A DNA stretch of 64,000 nt from Thermodesulfovibrionales bacterium (GTDB taxonomy: Bacteria > Nitrospirota > Thermodesulfovibrionia > Thermodesulfovibrionales > UBA6898): the NCBI GenBank assembly GCA_044450345.1, contig JBIOIY010000002.1, positions 32,001 to 96,000 on the forward strand. Direction: 5' to 3'. How positions within the stretch are numbered: position 1 is the first letter of the stretch; each line of letters begins with the position of its first letter. Made by a program: the position numbers and the translations under genes. The notes below the pieces were generated by a model. The model was not told the DNA's origin and ran no database searches. It saw nothing but the letters and a program-made list of their open reading frames with translations. Shown here piece after piece: positions 47,928 through 58,743 of this stretch.

Positions 47928-48027
47928 GCGTGGTTATTCTCTGCGATTTGTCAAATGCAGGCAGCAGCTATTTGATTTCTTCGGGAGGACCCCGGCGCTG
48001 CAACACTAAATTAACGGAGGAGGGGCG

Positions 48028-48684
48028 TTGGACAATCTCAGGGTAGGGGTTCTTGCATCGGGACGGGGTTCTAATTTCCAATCCATCATTGACGCGGTCG
48101 TGGCCGGATGTGTAAAGGCTGAATTGAAAGTCCTCATCACCGATAACCCAAAGGCGTTCGCTGTCGAAAGGGCGAAGAAGCACGGAATAGAGCACATAGT
48201 AATGAGGCCTAAGCAGTTTATTTCAAAGGACGGCTACTTTGGGGCGATCGCCGAAGAACTGAAAAGCAGGGATGTGGGACTTGTAGTCCTGGCCGGTTTT
48301 ATGCGCATCGTTGGAAAGCCACTGATCGATGCGTATCGTAACCGGATAATGAATATACACCCGGCTCTCTTGCCTTCCTTTCCGGGGTTACATGGCCAGC
48401 AACAGGCCCATGACTGCGGGGTAAAAATATCAGGTTGTACGGTTCATTTTGTCGACGAAGGGATGGATACGGGGCCGATCATCATCCAGGCCGCTGTCCC
48501 GGTAAGTGACGACGATACAGAAGAAACTTTATCGGAAAGGATTTTGAAGTTCGAACACAAAATCTATCCCGAGGCGATAAGACTTTTCTCGGAAGGCAGA
48601 CTGAGGGTAGTCGGCAGCAAAGTAGTCATAGAGGGCGCCGGCATGGCTGAAGAAGGCCTTATAAATCCCCGGCTATCAAAATAG
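48028..48684 (+). CDS. purN: Phosphoribosylglycinamide formyltransferase
   Basis: LASGRGSNFQ, LAGFMRI, NIHPALLP, GCTVHFVDEGMDTGPII. Confidence 0.97.
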   Translation: MDNLRVGVLASGRGSNFQSIIDAVVAGCVKAELKVLITDNPKAFAVERAKKHGIEHIVMRPKQFISKDGYFGAIAEELKSRDVGLVVLAGFMRIVGKPLIDAYRNRIMNIHPALLPSFPGLHGQQQAHDCGVKISGCTVHFVDEGMDTGPIIIQAAVPVSDDDTEETLSERILKFEHKIYPEAIRLFSEGRLRVVGSKVVIEGAGMAEEGLINPRLSK

Positions 48685-49219
48685 TTTCAGTGTTATTCTT
48701 TTTTTCCAGTCTTTTCTTGAGAATACCCCTTGCATCAGCGAATAACTTGAGGATCAGATCGTCTCTGTAGTCATAGTATGTGTAGGGAAGAGGATTGAAC
48801 TTCCCTTCCTGATAAAACAGCTCAAGTTCACAGAACACGCCCCTGCCGAGGTAAATACGATGGGAATAATTCTTTCTCGATGCGAGAACAACCTTCGCAA
48901 GAGACATATAGCCCGGATCGAGATTAATCCGTCTATTCCCGCTTGTTGAAAATTCTTTTTCGATCTCGCACAATGCGAGCTTCGCATCTACGAGAAAAAT
49001 AGGGTCCACGATGTTCTCAAAAAACATGAAAGTACGGTAGAGTGGAGCACCCAGCTCTCCGTTGTAATAAGCGCTGAAATTCCAAGGCAGAGAAGGGCTT
49101 TCATAATAGACATGTCCGAACAGATCGCGGATTCTCGGGGCGGCGTTGTTAAAGTCTTCCTGCGAAGAAAAGAGCGATGCTATGAATATGACTGTTTCCT
49201 CGGGATAGTTCCGGCGCAT
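48659..49219 (-). CDS. DUF4416-family protein
   Basis: YYNGELG, RRINLDPGY, LASRKNYSHRIYLGRG, TYYDY. Confidence 0.75.
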   Translation of the reverse strand: MRRNYPEETVIFIASLFSSQEDFNNAAPRIRDLFGHVYYESPSLPWNFSAYYNGELGAPLYRTFMFFENIVDPIFLVDAKLALCEIEKEFSTSGNRRINLDPGYMSLAKVVLASRKNYSHRIYLGRGVFCELELFYQEGKFNPLPYTYYDYRDDLILKLFADARGILKKRLEKKNNTETILIAGDL

Positions 49220-49230
49220 GTCGGCTGCTT

Positions 49231-49743
49231 TCAGAACATCGCTTTGATCTGACTCTTCTCGTCAGGGGAGTTCCAGTCAGCTCCGCCTATTACTCGCCTG
49301 ACCAACACACCCTTCTTGTCGACAATATACGTCTCCGGAACACCCGTCACGCCGTAATTTCGTGCAGAGCTGCCGTCGGGGTCGACGTACACCGGAAACG
49401 TATAGCCGTTTGATTTCATATAACCGATGGCATTCCCCGGGCTGTCCTTATAAAGAATCGTAATCATTACAAAATCTTCTTTGCCCATCATCTCCCTGTA
49501 AAGGGCCTCGATGGAAGGCATCTCTTCCTTGCAGGGCTGGCACCAAGACGCCCAGAAATTGACAAAAATTATCTTGTTCTTCAGATCGGAAGAAAACAGC
49601 TCTTTGCCGCTCGCCGCATCTCTTACTTCAAAACCAGGTGCCTCCGACCCCTTCCCGATATTGCTGCTGCGGGTTGCGTTGAAAAAAAGAAAGGCCGCGC
49701 CTGCTAGAAGGAGGACGGCCAAAATTATGACCTTGTGTTTCAC
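49231..49743 (-). CDS. TlpA/ResA-like thiol-disulfide oxidoreductase
   Basis: NFWASWCQPCKEEMP, YGVTGVPETY. Confidence 0.93.
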   Translation of the reverse strand: MKHKVIILAVLLLAGAAFLFFNATRSSNIGKGSEAPGFEVRDAASGKELFSSDLKNKIIFVNFWASWCQPCKEEMPSIEALYREMMGKEDFVMITILYKDSPGNAIGYMKSNGYTFPVYVDPDGSSARNYGVTGVPETYIVDKKGVLVRRVIGGADWNSPDEKSQIKAMF

Positions 49744-49749
49744 GAAAGC

Positions 49750-52191
49750 TCAGTTTACCCCGGTAAGAAGGGATGCCTCCTCCGCAGAAATGAATACAGG
49801 CCCATCCGTTTCCAGAAGGACTTTAATTTTATTGGCGCCCTTGAATCTGCCCTTGAGAATCTCTTCCGAAAGAGGATCCTCGATGACCTTCTGGATAGCC
49901 CTGCGCATCGGCCTTGCACCGTAAGCAGGTTTGTAATAATGGTCCAGGATCCATTCCTTGACCTCCGGCGCTACCTCGATGACAAGTTCCTGCTCGATCA
50001 ACTGTTTGTTCGTCTCCTCTATAAGAAGGTCTATAATAGAAATGAGATGCCCTTTGTCAAGAGGATGAAAAACCACGATTTCATCGATACGGTTGAGAAA
50101 TTCCGGATTAAAAGTTTTTCTTAACTCGCTCAGAACGTTTTCTTTCATATTTTCATATACTTCCCCGGAATCGCTCCGTTGGAAACCCAACGGTGTGGAC
50201 TTCTCGATGATCCGCGCGCCGACATTGGAAGTCATTATGATAACCGTGTTCCTGAAGTCGACCCTCCTGCCGAAACTGTCGGTGAGGACGCCCTCATCAA
50301 GAACTTGCAATAGTACATTGAAGACATCCGGATGCGCCTTTTCTATCTCATCGAAGAGGATGACCGAATAGGGTTTCTTGCGCACCTTTTCAGTAAGCTG
50401 TCCGCCTTCTTCATAGCCCACGTAACCCGGCGGGGCACCGGTAAGCTTCGAAACATTAAACCGCTCCATGTATTCAGACATATCGATCTTGATGATAGAG
50501 CTCTCGTCGTTAAAAAGGAAGGTGGCGAGAGCCTTTGCCAACTCTGTCTTTCCCACTCCCGTAGGCCCGAGAAAGAAAAATGAACCGATCGGCTTTTTGC
50601 TGCTTTTCAGGCCTGCCCTTGACCTGCGGAGCGCCTTTGAAACGACCCTTACGGCCTCCTCCTGCGCGATAATGCGCATATGGAGTTCTTCTTCCATCCT
50701 GAGCAGCTTCTCCGATTCTTTTTCTTCGATTTTTATAATCGGGATGCCCGTCATTTTCGAAACGGTGTAGGCAACGTCTTCTTCATCAATCACGGGAATT
50801 TCCTTATTCAGATCGTCCCGCCATTTTTTCTGCATCTGCTCATATATCTTCTTGGTTTTTTCTTCTTCCGTCCTGACTGAAGATGCCTTGTCCAGGTCAT
50901 GCAGCTTCACATACAGGTTCTTTTCCTTAGTAAGTCTGTTCATCCTGTATTCCAATTCCTTTAATTCCATAGGCGGGGTAAACCTCTTCAGCTTGATCCT
51001 GGAGCCTGTTTCATCCAAAACGTCTATCGCCTTATCGGGAAGGAATCTGTCCGGGATATAGCGGTCCGAGAGCTTGGCCGACGCGGTTATAGCCGACGGG
51101 CTGATCTTGACCCTGTGATGCGCCTCATACCTCGAACGAAGGCCGGTAAGGATCTCGACTGTATCGCTTACATCCGGGGGCTGGATACTGATGGGTTGGA
51201 ACCTTCTCTCAAGCGCCCTGTCTTTTTCAATGTATTTCCGGTATTCATCAGGCGTCGTAGCGCCAATGCATTGTATTTCTCCGCGGGACAGGGCCGGCTT
51301 CAGCATACTGGAAGCGTCGATTGATCCTTCGGCCGCTCCGGCGCCTATGAGAGTGTGCAACTCATCGATAAAAAGTATAACGTTGTCAATCTGGACAATC
51401 TCCTTCATAACGACCTTAAGCCGCTCCTCGAATTGCCCCCGGTACTTAGTTCCGGCTATGAGCGCGCCAAGATCAAGTGATATGATCCTTTTGCCTAAAA
51501 GGCTTTCCGGAACGTCGCCGGCCACGATCCTCTGGCAAAGACCTTCAACAATGGCCGTTTTGCCGACGCCGGGCTCTCCAACGATCGCCGGGTTGTTCTT
51601 TATCCTCCTGCCCAGTACCTGGAGCACTCTTTCTATTTCATCCTCTCTGCCTATCACGGGATCGAGACGGTTCTCTTTCGCCATCTGGGTCAAGTCCCTT
51701 CCGAACTCATCAAGAGCCGGAGTAGCACTGCGTTTTTCACGCATATTCGTATATGACTTCATCGAAAGGTTTATGGTCAACTGTCTGGCGCCCAGGAGGT
51801 TGGCGCCCAGATTCCTCAGTATCTTGCCGGCGATACCTTCGTCTTCCCTGATAAGACCCAACAAAAGATGCTCACTTCCTATATAATTATGGCCCAGTAA
51901 CCTCGCCTCCTCGACGGCCAATTCCAGAACCTTTTTAGCCCTTGGGGTGAAAGGGATATCCCCGAATGTCAACAAGTTCATGCCGGCTGGAAGGTTCCTT
52001 TCAATTTCCATCCTGAGTTCTTCAACGGTAAGACCCATTTTTTTCAATATCGCAACGGGAAGACCGTCATCCTCCCGCAAAATAGCCAGAAGGAGATGTT
52101 CCGTGCCAAGATAATCGTTTTGGCGTTTTTCAGCCTCTTCCTTTGCGAAAATAATGACCTTCCTGCCTCGTTCAGTAAATTTCTCAAACAT
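49750..52191 (-). CDS. clpC: ATP-dependent Clp protease ATP-binding subunit ClpC
   Basis: MFEKFTE, Clp-N repeats, [24 protein letters not shown]. Confidence 0.96.
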   Translation of the reverse strand: MFEKFTERGRKVIIFAKEEAEKRQNDYLGTEHLLLAILREDDGLPVAILKKMGLTVEELRMEIERNLPAGMNLLTFGDIPFTPRAKKVLELAVEEARLLGHNYIGSEHLLLGLIREDEGIAGKILRNLGANLLGARQLTINLSMKSYTNMREKRSATPALDEFGRDLTQMAKENRLDPVIGREDEIERVLQVLGRRIKNNPAIVGEPGVGKTAIVEGLCQRIVAGDVPESLLGKRIISLDLGALIAGTKYRGQFEERLKVVMKEIVQIDNVILFIDELHTLIGAGAAEGSIDASSMLKPALSRGEIQCIGATTPDEYRKYIEKDRALERRFQPISIQPPDVSDTVEILTGLRSRYEAHHRVKISPSAITASAKLSDRYIPDRFLPDKAIDVLDETGSRIKLKRFTPPMELKELEYRMNRLTKEKNLYVKLHDLDKASSVRTEEEKTKKIYEQMQKKWRDDLNKEIPVIDEEDVAYTVSKMTGIPIIKIEEKESEKLLRMEEELHMRIIAQEEAVRVVSKALRRSRAGLKSSKKPIGSFFFLGPTGVGKTELAKALATFLFNDESSIIKIDMSEYMERFNVSKLTGAPPGYVGYEEGGQLTEKVRKKPYSVILFDEIEKAHPDVFNVLLQVLDEGVLTDSFGRRVDFRNTVIIMTSNVGARIIEKSTPLGFQRSDSGEVYENMKENVLSELRKTFNPEFLNRIDEIVVFHPLDKGHLISIIDLLIEETNKQLIEQELVIEVAPEVKEWILDHYYKPAYGARPMRRAIQKVIEDPLSEEILKGRFKGANKIKVLLETDGPVFISAEEASLLTGVN

Positions 52192-52351
52192 AATGTGACT
52201 CCTTATCAGAACCTCTTAGTTCCTTATAAAATAATACTGTCTTTGAGGTGCCAAAGTCAACAAATGGAATGCGTTTTAATCGTTGTTTTGGATGAGGGAT
52301 GGTATAGACGATGGGCGGGATCAACGGGCATGCTTCACGAAGCAATATGCC

Positions 52352-53092
52352 TTAATCTTTCTCCTGATTTGCATTTATGAGATACTTGGCGGCCACTGCC
52401 TGAAGAGAAAAGGGGGCCGGCACTCCCTGATAGATCAGGCGAAGAGTCTCCAAGTCGGACTTCCATGCAATATCACCCGGGGCGAGCAAAGAAACACTTC
52501 CCGGCTCATGAGTCATATAGAGGGTGTTATCCTTATAATAAAAATGTTCACTGTTTATCTCAGCGGGGTATTCACGCATGGATGGAGGAATATCAACCGG
52601 CTGGAACCATAGTTTTATCTCACGTTCAGCGTCACTGTCATTAGCTGAGGCGTGGATCAGATTATCCATCCGGTCGCCAATTATTTTTCCCTCGGCATCT
52701 TTAATAGGAACTATCGTGCCCAGAGAGCGAACGCACCCCGGTCTCGTATCACGGGCGACGTGGGGATTCGTTGGTCCGCATATATCCCGCATCTTTTTCG
52801 TAGCATCGGGGCCCTGATACACGAAAGCGATCACCCTGCGCTTATGAGGTTGGTCGGGATAGTGAAGACAGCCCATAATGTAATCTATCAGCGAAGGATA
52901 AAATATTTTTCCTCGATGCTCGGAATAGTGTTCCTCTGCAAGCATTCTGCTCACATGCACTATCTTGGCTCCTGCGAAACGCAGGCCCGTATGAAATTCT
53001 GAAAGCAGTGAAAGCACATATCCCGTCAATGAATTCTTGAGTGCATCGGGTTTAATCAATACAAGTGTTTGCTCAAATTCCTCTTTCAGCAT
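52352..53092 (-). CDS. ndk: Nucleoside-diphosphate kinase (extended form)
   Basis: EQTLVLIKPDA, AEEHYSEH, GPTNP, NLIHASA. Confidence 0.88.
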   Translation of the reverse strand: MLKEEFEQTLVLIKPDALKNSLTGYVLSLLSEFHTGLRFAGAKIVHVSRMLAEEHYSEHRGKIFYPSLIDYIMGCLHYPDQPHKRRVIAFVYQGPDATKKMRDICGPTNPHVARDTRPGCVRSLGTIVPIKDAEGKIIGDRMDNLIHASANDSDAEREIKLWFQPVDIPPSMREYPAEINSEHFYYKDNTLYMTHEPGSVSLLAPGDIAWKSDLETLRLIYQGVPAPFSLQAVAAKYLINANQEKD

Positions 53093-53120
53093 ACGAAAAA
53101 TCCCTTTCTGTCACAGTTCA

Positions 53121-54047
53121 TTAAACCAGTGCCCTATCCAATAATCCCTTCACCGAAGCAGCCGATTTATTGAACTCCTTCTTTTCCTCATCCGTGAGTT
53201 TTAATTCTATTATTTTCTCTATTCCTTCTTTGCCCAGAATGACCGGCACGCCCACAAAAAGGCCGGAGATCCCGTATTCTCCGTTTAGATAGGCCGCGCA
53301 CGGAAGAACCCTTTTTTCATCGAGAAGAATAGCCTTTGTCATTTCAAAAACCGAGGCGGCCGGAGCATAATAAGCGCTGCCGGTTTTGAGCAGTGCCACT
53401 ATTTCAGCTCCGCCGTTTCTCGTCCTCTGTATTAGTTCTTCGATCCGCTGATGGTCAAGCAGTTCGGTCAGCGTTATTCCCTTTACGGTGGTAAAACGCG
53501 GCATGGGGACCATAAGGTCGCCGTGCCCTCCCAACACAACAGCCTCGACATCTTTCGCAGAAACCCCCAGCTCCATGGAGATGAACGTGCGGAACCTTGA
53601 AGAATCCAGAATTCCGCCCATGCCTACCACCCTTTGCGCCGGGAACCCTGAAACCTTCCACGCAACCTGCGTCATGACATCCATCGGATTGGTCACAACG
53701 ATAAAAATGCTGCCGGGCGACAGTTTTGAAGTCTCCCCCACAACCTTCGCAATTATTTCCTTGTTTGCAACGAGAAGATCGTCCCTGCTCATCCCGGGCT
53801 TCCTCGGAAGGCCGGCAGTAATGATAATAATATCTGATCCTGCGGTGTCGGCCAAGTCATTTGTGCCATTACTCAGGGATGATATACCCCAGAGAGGAGT
53901 TGCCTCTGCGAGATCAAGCGCCTTTCCCTGCGGAACACCCTCCATAATGTCATAGAGGACAATATCGGCAAGTCCTGACTGCAGAACCAAATGGGCCGTC
54001 GTCGCTCCTACATGACCTGCCCCGATTATCGAAACCTTGGATTTCAT
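53121..54047 (-). CDS. mdh: Malate dehydrogenase (LDH-like)
   Basis: IGAGHVG, TAGLPRKPGMSRDDL, LDSSRF, LGGHGD, GSAYYAP. Confidence 0.95.
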   Translation of the reverse strand: MKSKVSIIGAGHVGATTAHLVLQSGLADIVLYDIMEGVPQGKALDLAEATPLWGISSLSNGTNDLADTAGSDIIIITAGLPRKPGMSRDDLLVANKEIIAKVVGETSKLSPGSIFIVVTNPMDVMTQVAWKVSGFPAQRVVGMGGILDSSRFRTFISMELGVSAKDVEAVVLGGHGDLMVPMPRFTTVKGITLTELLDHQRIEELIQRTRNGGAEIVALLKTGSAYYAPAASVFEMTKAILLDEKRVLPCAAYLNGEYGISGLFVGVPVILGKEGIEKIIELKLTDEEKKEFNKSAASVKGLLDRALV

Positions 54048-54114
54048 GAGAACGTAATTATAAATAAAGAAGTCCGGCAATGGCAAGCTATATTATGGTT
54101 CGTATTATTTGTTC

Positions 54115-54143
54115 TTGACATAAAAGGCAATCTTTGCTATAAA
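54115..54143 (+). promoter_or_regulatory. sigma70 promoter of ino1 operon
   Basis: TTGACA-17 bp-TATAAA with TGn extension. Confidence 0.75.
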
Positions 54144-54196
54144 AATTTTGGCAGTATTCCCGCTTAAATACAGAAGCACAGAAGAAGGATAACGTA

Positions 54197-55300
54197 ATGA
54201 GACAGATACGCATTGCAATCGCCGGTGTCGGTAATTGCGCAAGCTCACTGGTCCAGGGCATCGAGTACTATAGAAGCATAAGGGGGAATGATGCCGATCG
54301 TTCGCTGGGTTTGATGCATTATACCCTTGGTGGTTATGCTCCCGGCGATATTAAGGTAGTCGCTGCTTTTGATATAGATAAAAGAAAAGTGGGCAAGTCT
54401 CTCGGCGAAGCAATAGCGAGCGCGCCTAATTGCACAAAACGATTCCATCCAGTTTCCCGTCGGAACCTCGTAAAGGTCCATATGGGAAATGTGCTGGACA
54501 GCGTGGCCGAGCACCTCAGTAATTATCCTGAGGAGAGAAGGCTCATGGTCGCAGATAAAAGGCCTGCAAATGTTTCTAAAATACTGAGAGAAACAGGTGC
54601 GGAGATTCTCTTGAATTACCTGCCCGTAGGTTCCGAAAAGGCCACTGCCTATTATGCTGAGGAATGCCTCAAATCGGGAGTGAGCCTTATAAACTGTGTC
54701 CCTGTATTCATCGTATCGAACAAGGCATGGTCTAAAAGGTTCAAGGATAAGGGGATACCCGCAATCGGCGATGACGTGAAGAGTCAGGTGGGAGCAACGA
54801 TTATTCACAGGTGTCTGGCAAAACTTTTCGAAGACAGAGGAGTCAAAATCGATAGGACGTACCAGCTTAACGTAGGTGGCAACACTGACTTCCTGAATAT
54901 GCTGAACGGGAGCCGGCTTAGGATGAAAAAGATATCGAAGACGGAGGCGGTGCAGTCGCAACTTCAGGTGCCCCTTGATCGTGAAAATATTCATATAGGT
55001 CCTTCAGACTACATCCCATGGCTGAATGACAATAAAATCTGCTTTCTCCGGCTGGAGGGCAGGGGGTTCGGCAACGTTCCTATGCATCTTGAAATGAGAT
55101 TGTCCGTCGAGGATTCTCCGAATAGCGCGGGGGTGGTTATCGATGCCATACGTTGCTGCAAGATTGCGCGCAGCAGAAAAATTGGGGGAGCTCTTGTCTC
55201 TCCGTCAGCGTATTTCATGAAACATCCTCTTATACAGTTTCCCGACGAAGTGGCGAAGACGATGGTTGAAGACTTCATTCAAGGGAAGATAGAAAGATGA
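54197..55300 (+). CDS. ino1: myo-inositol-1-phosphate synthase
   Basis: GVGNCASSLVQG, NYLPVGS, GDDVKSQVGAT, QLNVGGNTDF, DSPNSAG. Confidence 0.95.
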   Translation: MRQIRIAIAGVGNCASSLVQGIEYYRSIRGNDADRSLGLMHYTLGGYAPGDIKVVAAFDIDKRKVGKSLGEAIASAPNCTKRFHPVSRRNLVKVHMGNVLDSVAEHLSNYPEERRLMVADKRPANVSKILRETGAEILLNYLPVGSEKATAYYAEECLKSGVSLINCVPVFIVSNKAWSKRFKDKGIPAIGDDVKSQVGATIIHRCLAKLFEDRGVKIDRTYQLNVGGNTDFLNMLNGSRLRMKKISKTEAVQSQLQVPLDRENIHIGPSDYIPWLNDNKICFLRLEGRGFGNVPMHLEMRLSVEDSPNSAGVVIDAIRCCKIARSRKIGGALVSPSAYFMKHPLIQFPDEVAKTMVEDFIQGKIER

Positions 55301-55303
55301 CAA

Positions 55304-55873
55304 TTGTTTAGCGAGAAGTTAGGGCACCTTTTCGACAGGCCGCTTGAGAATCTTGCGAAGAAAATACCCTTTCATCCGAATACCTTAACAACAGCGGGGT
55401 TCCTTGTTACCGTTGTCGCGTCGCTGGCACTTGCCTCGAATCTCGTGCTTGGGGGGATCCTTGTAATTATTGGCGGGCTTTTCGATGTGCTCGATGGCGT
55501 AGTTGCGCGTGTCAACGGAAAGGACTCAAAGTTCGGCGCATTTCTCGATTCAGTACTGGACCGTTTTTCCGACGCCTTCATTATGCTGGCAGTGGGCTGG
55601 AATCTTTTCAATCGCGGCAATGTGTTGGGTCTGGCGCTAAGTCTCTTTACTCTCGTCGGTGCTTTTTTGATAAGCTATACGAGGGCGCGGGCGGAGGGGC
55701 TGGGGGAAAACTGCACCCACGGTCTTATGGAAAGGCCGGAGAGAATACTCTTACTTTCTTTGGGAGCTGTGACGGGAATGATCATTCCCGTATTATGGGC
55801 GATGGTTATATTAACGCAGTTTACCGTAATTCAGCGTATTTATCATGTCTGGAAGATCACAGAACGTCGCTAG
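55304..55873 (+). CDS. CDP-alcohol phosphatidyltransferase (phosphatidylinositol-phosphate synthase-like)
   Basis: PNTLT, DVLDGVVAR...GAFLDSVLDRFSD, SYTRARAEGLG, GLMERPER. Confidence 0.9.
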   Translation: MFSEKLGHLFDRPLENLAKKIPFHPNTLTTAGFLVTVVASLALASNLVLGGILVIIGGLFDVLDGVVARVNGKDSKFGAFLDSVLDRFSDAFIMLAVGWNLFNRGNVLGLALSLFTLVGAFLISYTRARAEGLGENCTHGLMERPERILLLSLGAVTGMIIPVLWAMVILTQFTVIQRIYHVWKITERR

Positions 55874-55938
55874 GTAAGCCTCGTCGTATCAGAATTCTAT
55901 GCCTTTGCTAGCCGACCTATTCTTATCGTATTTTAGAC

Positions 55939-56013
55939 TGGAGCGGGCGACGGGATTCGAACCCGCGACTTTCAGCTTGGGAAGCTAACACTCTACCACT
56001 GAGTTACGCCCGC
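55939..56013 (-). tRNA. tRNA-Gly (anticodon CCC), CCA encoded
   Basis: GCGGGCG acceptor stem, D arm CTCAGTGGTAGAG, anticodon loop TTCCCAA, GGTTCGAATCC, 3' TCCA. Confidence 0.97.
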
Positions 56014-56148
56014 GATAGTGTTTTATAAATCAGAATACGGGCAAATGTCAAGCAATTCAAGTCAGTAGATCGCTATGGTTATCACTGCATGATAAAATAC
56101 AATAAATTTTATAGGCATGGGCGGAGCGGAGGAGAAAAAGGGACAACG

Positions 56149-57351
56149 ATGTTCACGGTATCCGAGCGCGGGGAATTGAGGGAAAGGATACTCAACGACA
56201 GGCATAACGGCCTTGTCTTTAGTGCCGGACGGCGTCTACCCCTTTATCTTGTAGGTGGTTATCTTAGAGATTTATTGATAGGCAGGGACAGTCTTGACAG
56301 GGACTATGTGGCGGGAGGTGATATCGAGTCCCTGTTGGAACAGATAGTGGCCGAGACTGGCGGGAAAGTGATAAGACTCGGCAACTACCTACGCCGGATA
56401 GTACTCAAAGATAATTCAACGCTTGATTTTTCACCCCTGATAAATGACATAGCCGATGATCTGTCCCAGAGAGATTTTACCATGAACTCACTTGCATGGT
56501 CTCCAGGCACGGGGATTGTCGATCCTCACGGAGGGGTGAAGCATCTGCGCCAGCGGAGGATTAGTATTATCAGCAGGGATAGTATAGAGCACGATCCGGT
56601 CAGAATGATTAGGGCCTATAGATTTGCGGGCGAATTATCCTTTCGGATTGATCGTCCCACGAGACGGATCATAAGGGAACTTTCAGGAAGAATTATCGAG
56701 GCAAAGAGTGAAAGGATTACTTTAGAATTCTTTAAAATACTAAATCTAAAAGATCCTTCGACAATCCTTGTCATGATGGCTAACGATGGATTTTTAAATC
56801 AGCTATTTCTTTGTGGTGAGGAAGAGTTATCTTCCAAACTTCGAGTTCTTTCTAGAGTTAATAGAATACTTAATGCGTTACCTTTAAAGTATAAAGGCCT
56901 GCTCGGTCAAATTTATTCACAGAATCTTTCACGGGAGGGTATGATACGACTTGAAGTCCTCATGAGCGGCCTTCCCGCAAAGGCCTTATCGCTGAGCTCT
57001 AAGATCATAGGGAGGGTGGAAGATATCGAAAAGGGTGAAAGGATACTATGGGGCCGTAGCGTGTCGCGGGCCGGGTTATTCGAAGCATTTAGTATAATGG
57101 GCGATGGCTCGATCGATTTTCTGATAGTCAAGGGCAGGACTACTCTTCTTCCCGACTACGAAAGATTCAGGACAATTATGAAAAAAAGCCTCCTGTCCAC
57201 AGAGGAAATTATTGTCATCAGTGGCCTCGCGAAGGGAGTAAATCTAGGCAAAGCGATATTAAGTTTAAAGAAAGCGGAATTTAGCCATAAAATCAAGACA
57301 TGTAGTGAGGCGGTCAATTTACTCAAGAAGTATTCTTCTGAGTGTATTTAA
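56149..57351 (+). CDS. Class II tRNA nucleotidyltransferase (probably CC-adding)
   Basis: LVGGYLRDLL, DRD, DLSQRDFTMN, DPVRMIRAYRF, SERITLEF. Confidence 0.82.
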   Translation: MFTVSERGELRERILNDRHNGLVFSAGRRLPLYLVGGYLRDLLIGRDSLDRDYVAGGDIESLLEQIVAETGGKVIRLGNYLRRIVLKDNSTLDFSPLINDIADDLSQRDFTMNSLAWSPGTGIVDPHGGVKHLRQRRISIISRDSIEHDPVRMIRAYRFAGELSFRIDRPTRRIIRELSGRIIEAKSERITLEFFKILNLKDPSTILVMMANDGFLNQLFLCGEEELSSKLRVLSRVNRILNALPLKYKGLLGQIYSQNLSREGMIRLEVLMSGLPAKALSLSSKIIGRVEDIEKGERILWGRSVSRAGLFEAFSIMGDGSIDFLIVKGRTTLLPDYERFRTIMKKSLLSTEEIIVISGLAKGVNLGKAILSLKKAEFSHKIKTCSEAVNLLKKYSSECI

Positions 57352-57510
57352 CATAATATATCTTATCGGACATTAGCTATAAACAACAATTGTTGACATC
57401 ATGTTGATAATCATGTGAGTAATGGACACTTCTCTGGAAAGATACTGTCTGCGCCCGCCCTGACTAGGTATTAGGCAGAGAGATTATTACATTGATCCCA
57501 CACGTTACAG

Positions 57511-58743
57511 CTAAAGCATAACATCCGCATCAAGAAAGTCTCCTGTCACCCTCGCGGGCCTTACGTACACAATGTTTCCCTTTGAGTGCCCCCTCACGGA
57601 AGCTCTCACCTTCAGGTAATTTCCGGATGTTCCCGTATAAACTCCCGAGCCCATTGACTCTTCCAAAATAATATCGAGGGGATTATTTATCTGTCTTTCC
57701 ATGTAACCCCGTTTTTTTGATCTATTGAGATCGGCCAGCTTTTCAGTCCTCATTTTAATCGTGAGATCGTCTATTTGTCCCTTCATCTTCGACGCATCTG
57801 TACCGGGTCTCACCGAAAACGGGAAAATGTGCATATACGAGATAGGAAGGCTTCTCATTAAATCGAACGTTGCATTAAAATCCTCATCGCGCTCGCCGGG
57901 AAAGCCGACTATGATGTCTGTCCCCAAGGAAATATTGTCGATTCTTCCGGCAATGGATTGCAATCGCAGAGAGAACTCTGAGGAGCTATACCCCCTCCTC
58001 ATGAGACACAGGATGGTGTCGCTGCCGCTCTGCGATGGAAGATGCAGGTGTCTGCAGATTCGTTGGTCCTTGATTATCTCGATAAATTCCTCATCAACCT
58101 CGGTGATCTCGAGGGAACTCAGGCGAATCCGCCTTATCCTTGTTTCACATAGGATACGCTTTAAAACCTTTTTAAGATTCGACTTTACCGTAAGATCCCT
58201 CCCATAAGAGCCGATATGTATCCCCGTTAAGACAACCTCATTGTATCCACGGGATTCAATGATCTGTACTTTCTCGATTACCTCTTCCTCAGGAATGCTG
58301 CTTGACTTTCCTCTCGCAAAAGGAACAGCGCAATAGCTGCACCGGAGATTACAGCCATCCTGTATCTTTAGATATGGTCGAGAGCGACCATGACTGCCAT
58401 AGCAGAGATCGACATCTACGGAAGTAATCATTTTTACTATATCGAATTTTCTCGCATTATCAACAACTTCAAACACACCAGGCATGCTCTTCACATTGTC
58501 CGACTTAAGTTGGGAGTAACAGCCCGTAACAACAACCTTTGCACCAGAACGAACCGCCCTCCGAATGAGCTGCCTCGAATTATAGTCACCTTTTGCAGTA
58601 ACAGCACACGTATTCACTATGCAGAAGTCCGGATTTTCACTTAAACCGACTATAGTTACGCCATTTTCCTTAAGTGTTCCTTCAATTACCGAGCTTTCAG
58701 ACTGGTTGACGCGACAACCTAATGTCAAAAAAGATACCTTCAC
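57511..58743 (-). CDS. mtaB: tRNA methylthiotransferase MtaB
   Basis: LGCRVNQSES, NTCAVT, VTGCYSQ, KIQDGCNLRCSYC. Confidence 0.9.
   Translation of the reverse strand: MKVSFLTLGCRVNQSESSVIEGTLKENGVTIVGLSENPDFCIVNTCAVTAKGDYNSRQLIRRAVRSGAKVVVTGCYSQLKSDNVKSMPGVFEVVDNARKFDIVKMITSVDVDLCYGSHGRSRPYLKIQDGCNLRCSYCAVPFARGKSSSIPEEEVIEKVQIIESRGYNEVVLTGIHIGSYGRDLTVKSNLKKVLKRILCETRIRRIRLSSLEITEVDEEFIEIIKDQRICRHLHLPSQSGSDTILCLMRRGYSSSEFSLRLQSIAGRIDNISLGTDIIVGFPGERDEDFNATFDLMRSLPISYMHIFPFSVRPGTDASKMKGQIDDLTIKMRTEKLADLNRSKKRGYMERQINNPLDIILEESMGSGVYTGTSGNYLKVRASVRGHSKGNIVYVRPARVTGDFLDADVML

Noticed and set aside
47928..48027. ZTP or purine riboswitch upstream of purN
   Set aside because: Conserved aptamer motifs not recognised by eye.
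55939..56013. tRNA-Gly as an integration site for an island or prophage
   Set aside because: No integrase nearby, no duplicated tRNA 3' end noticed, and flanks are housekeeping genes.
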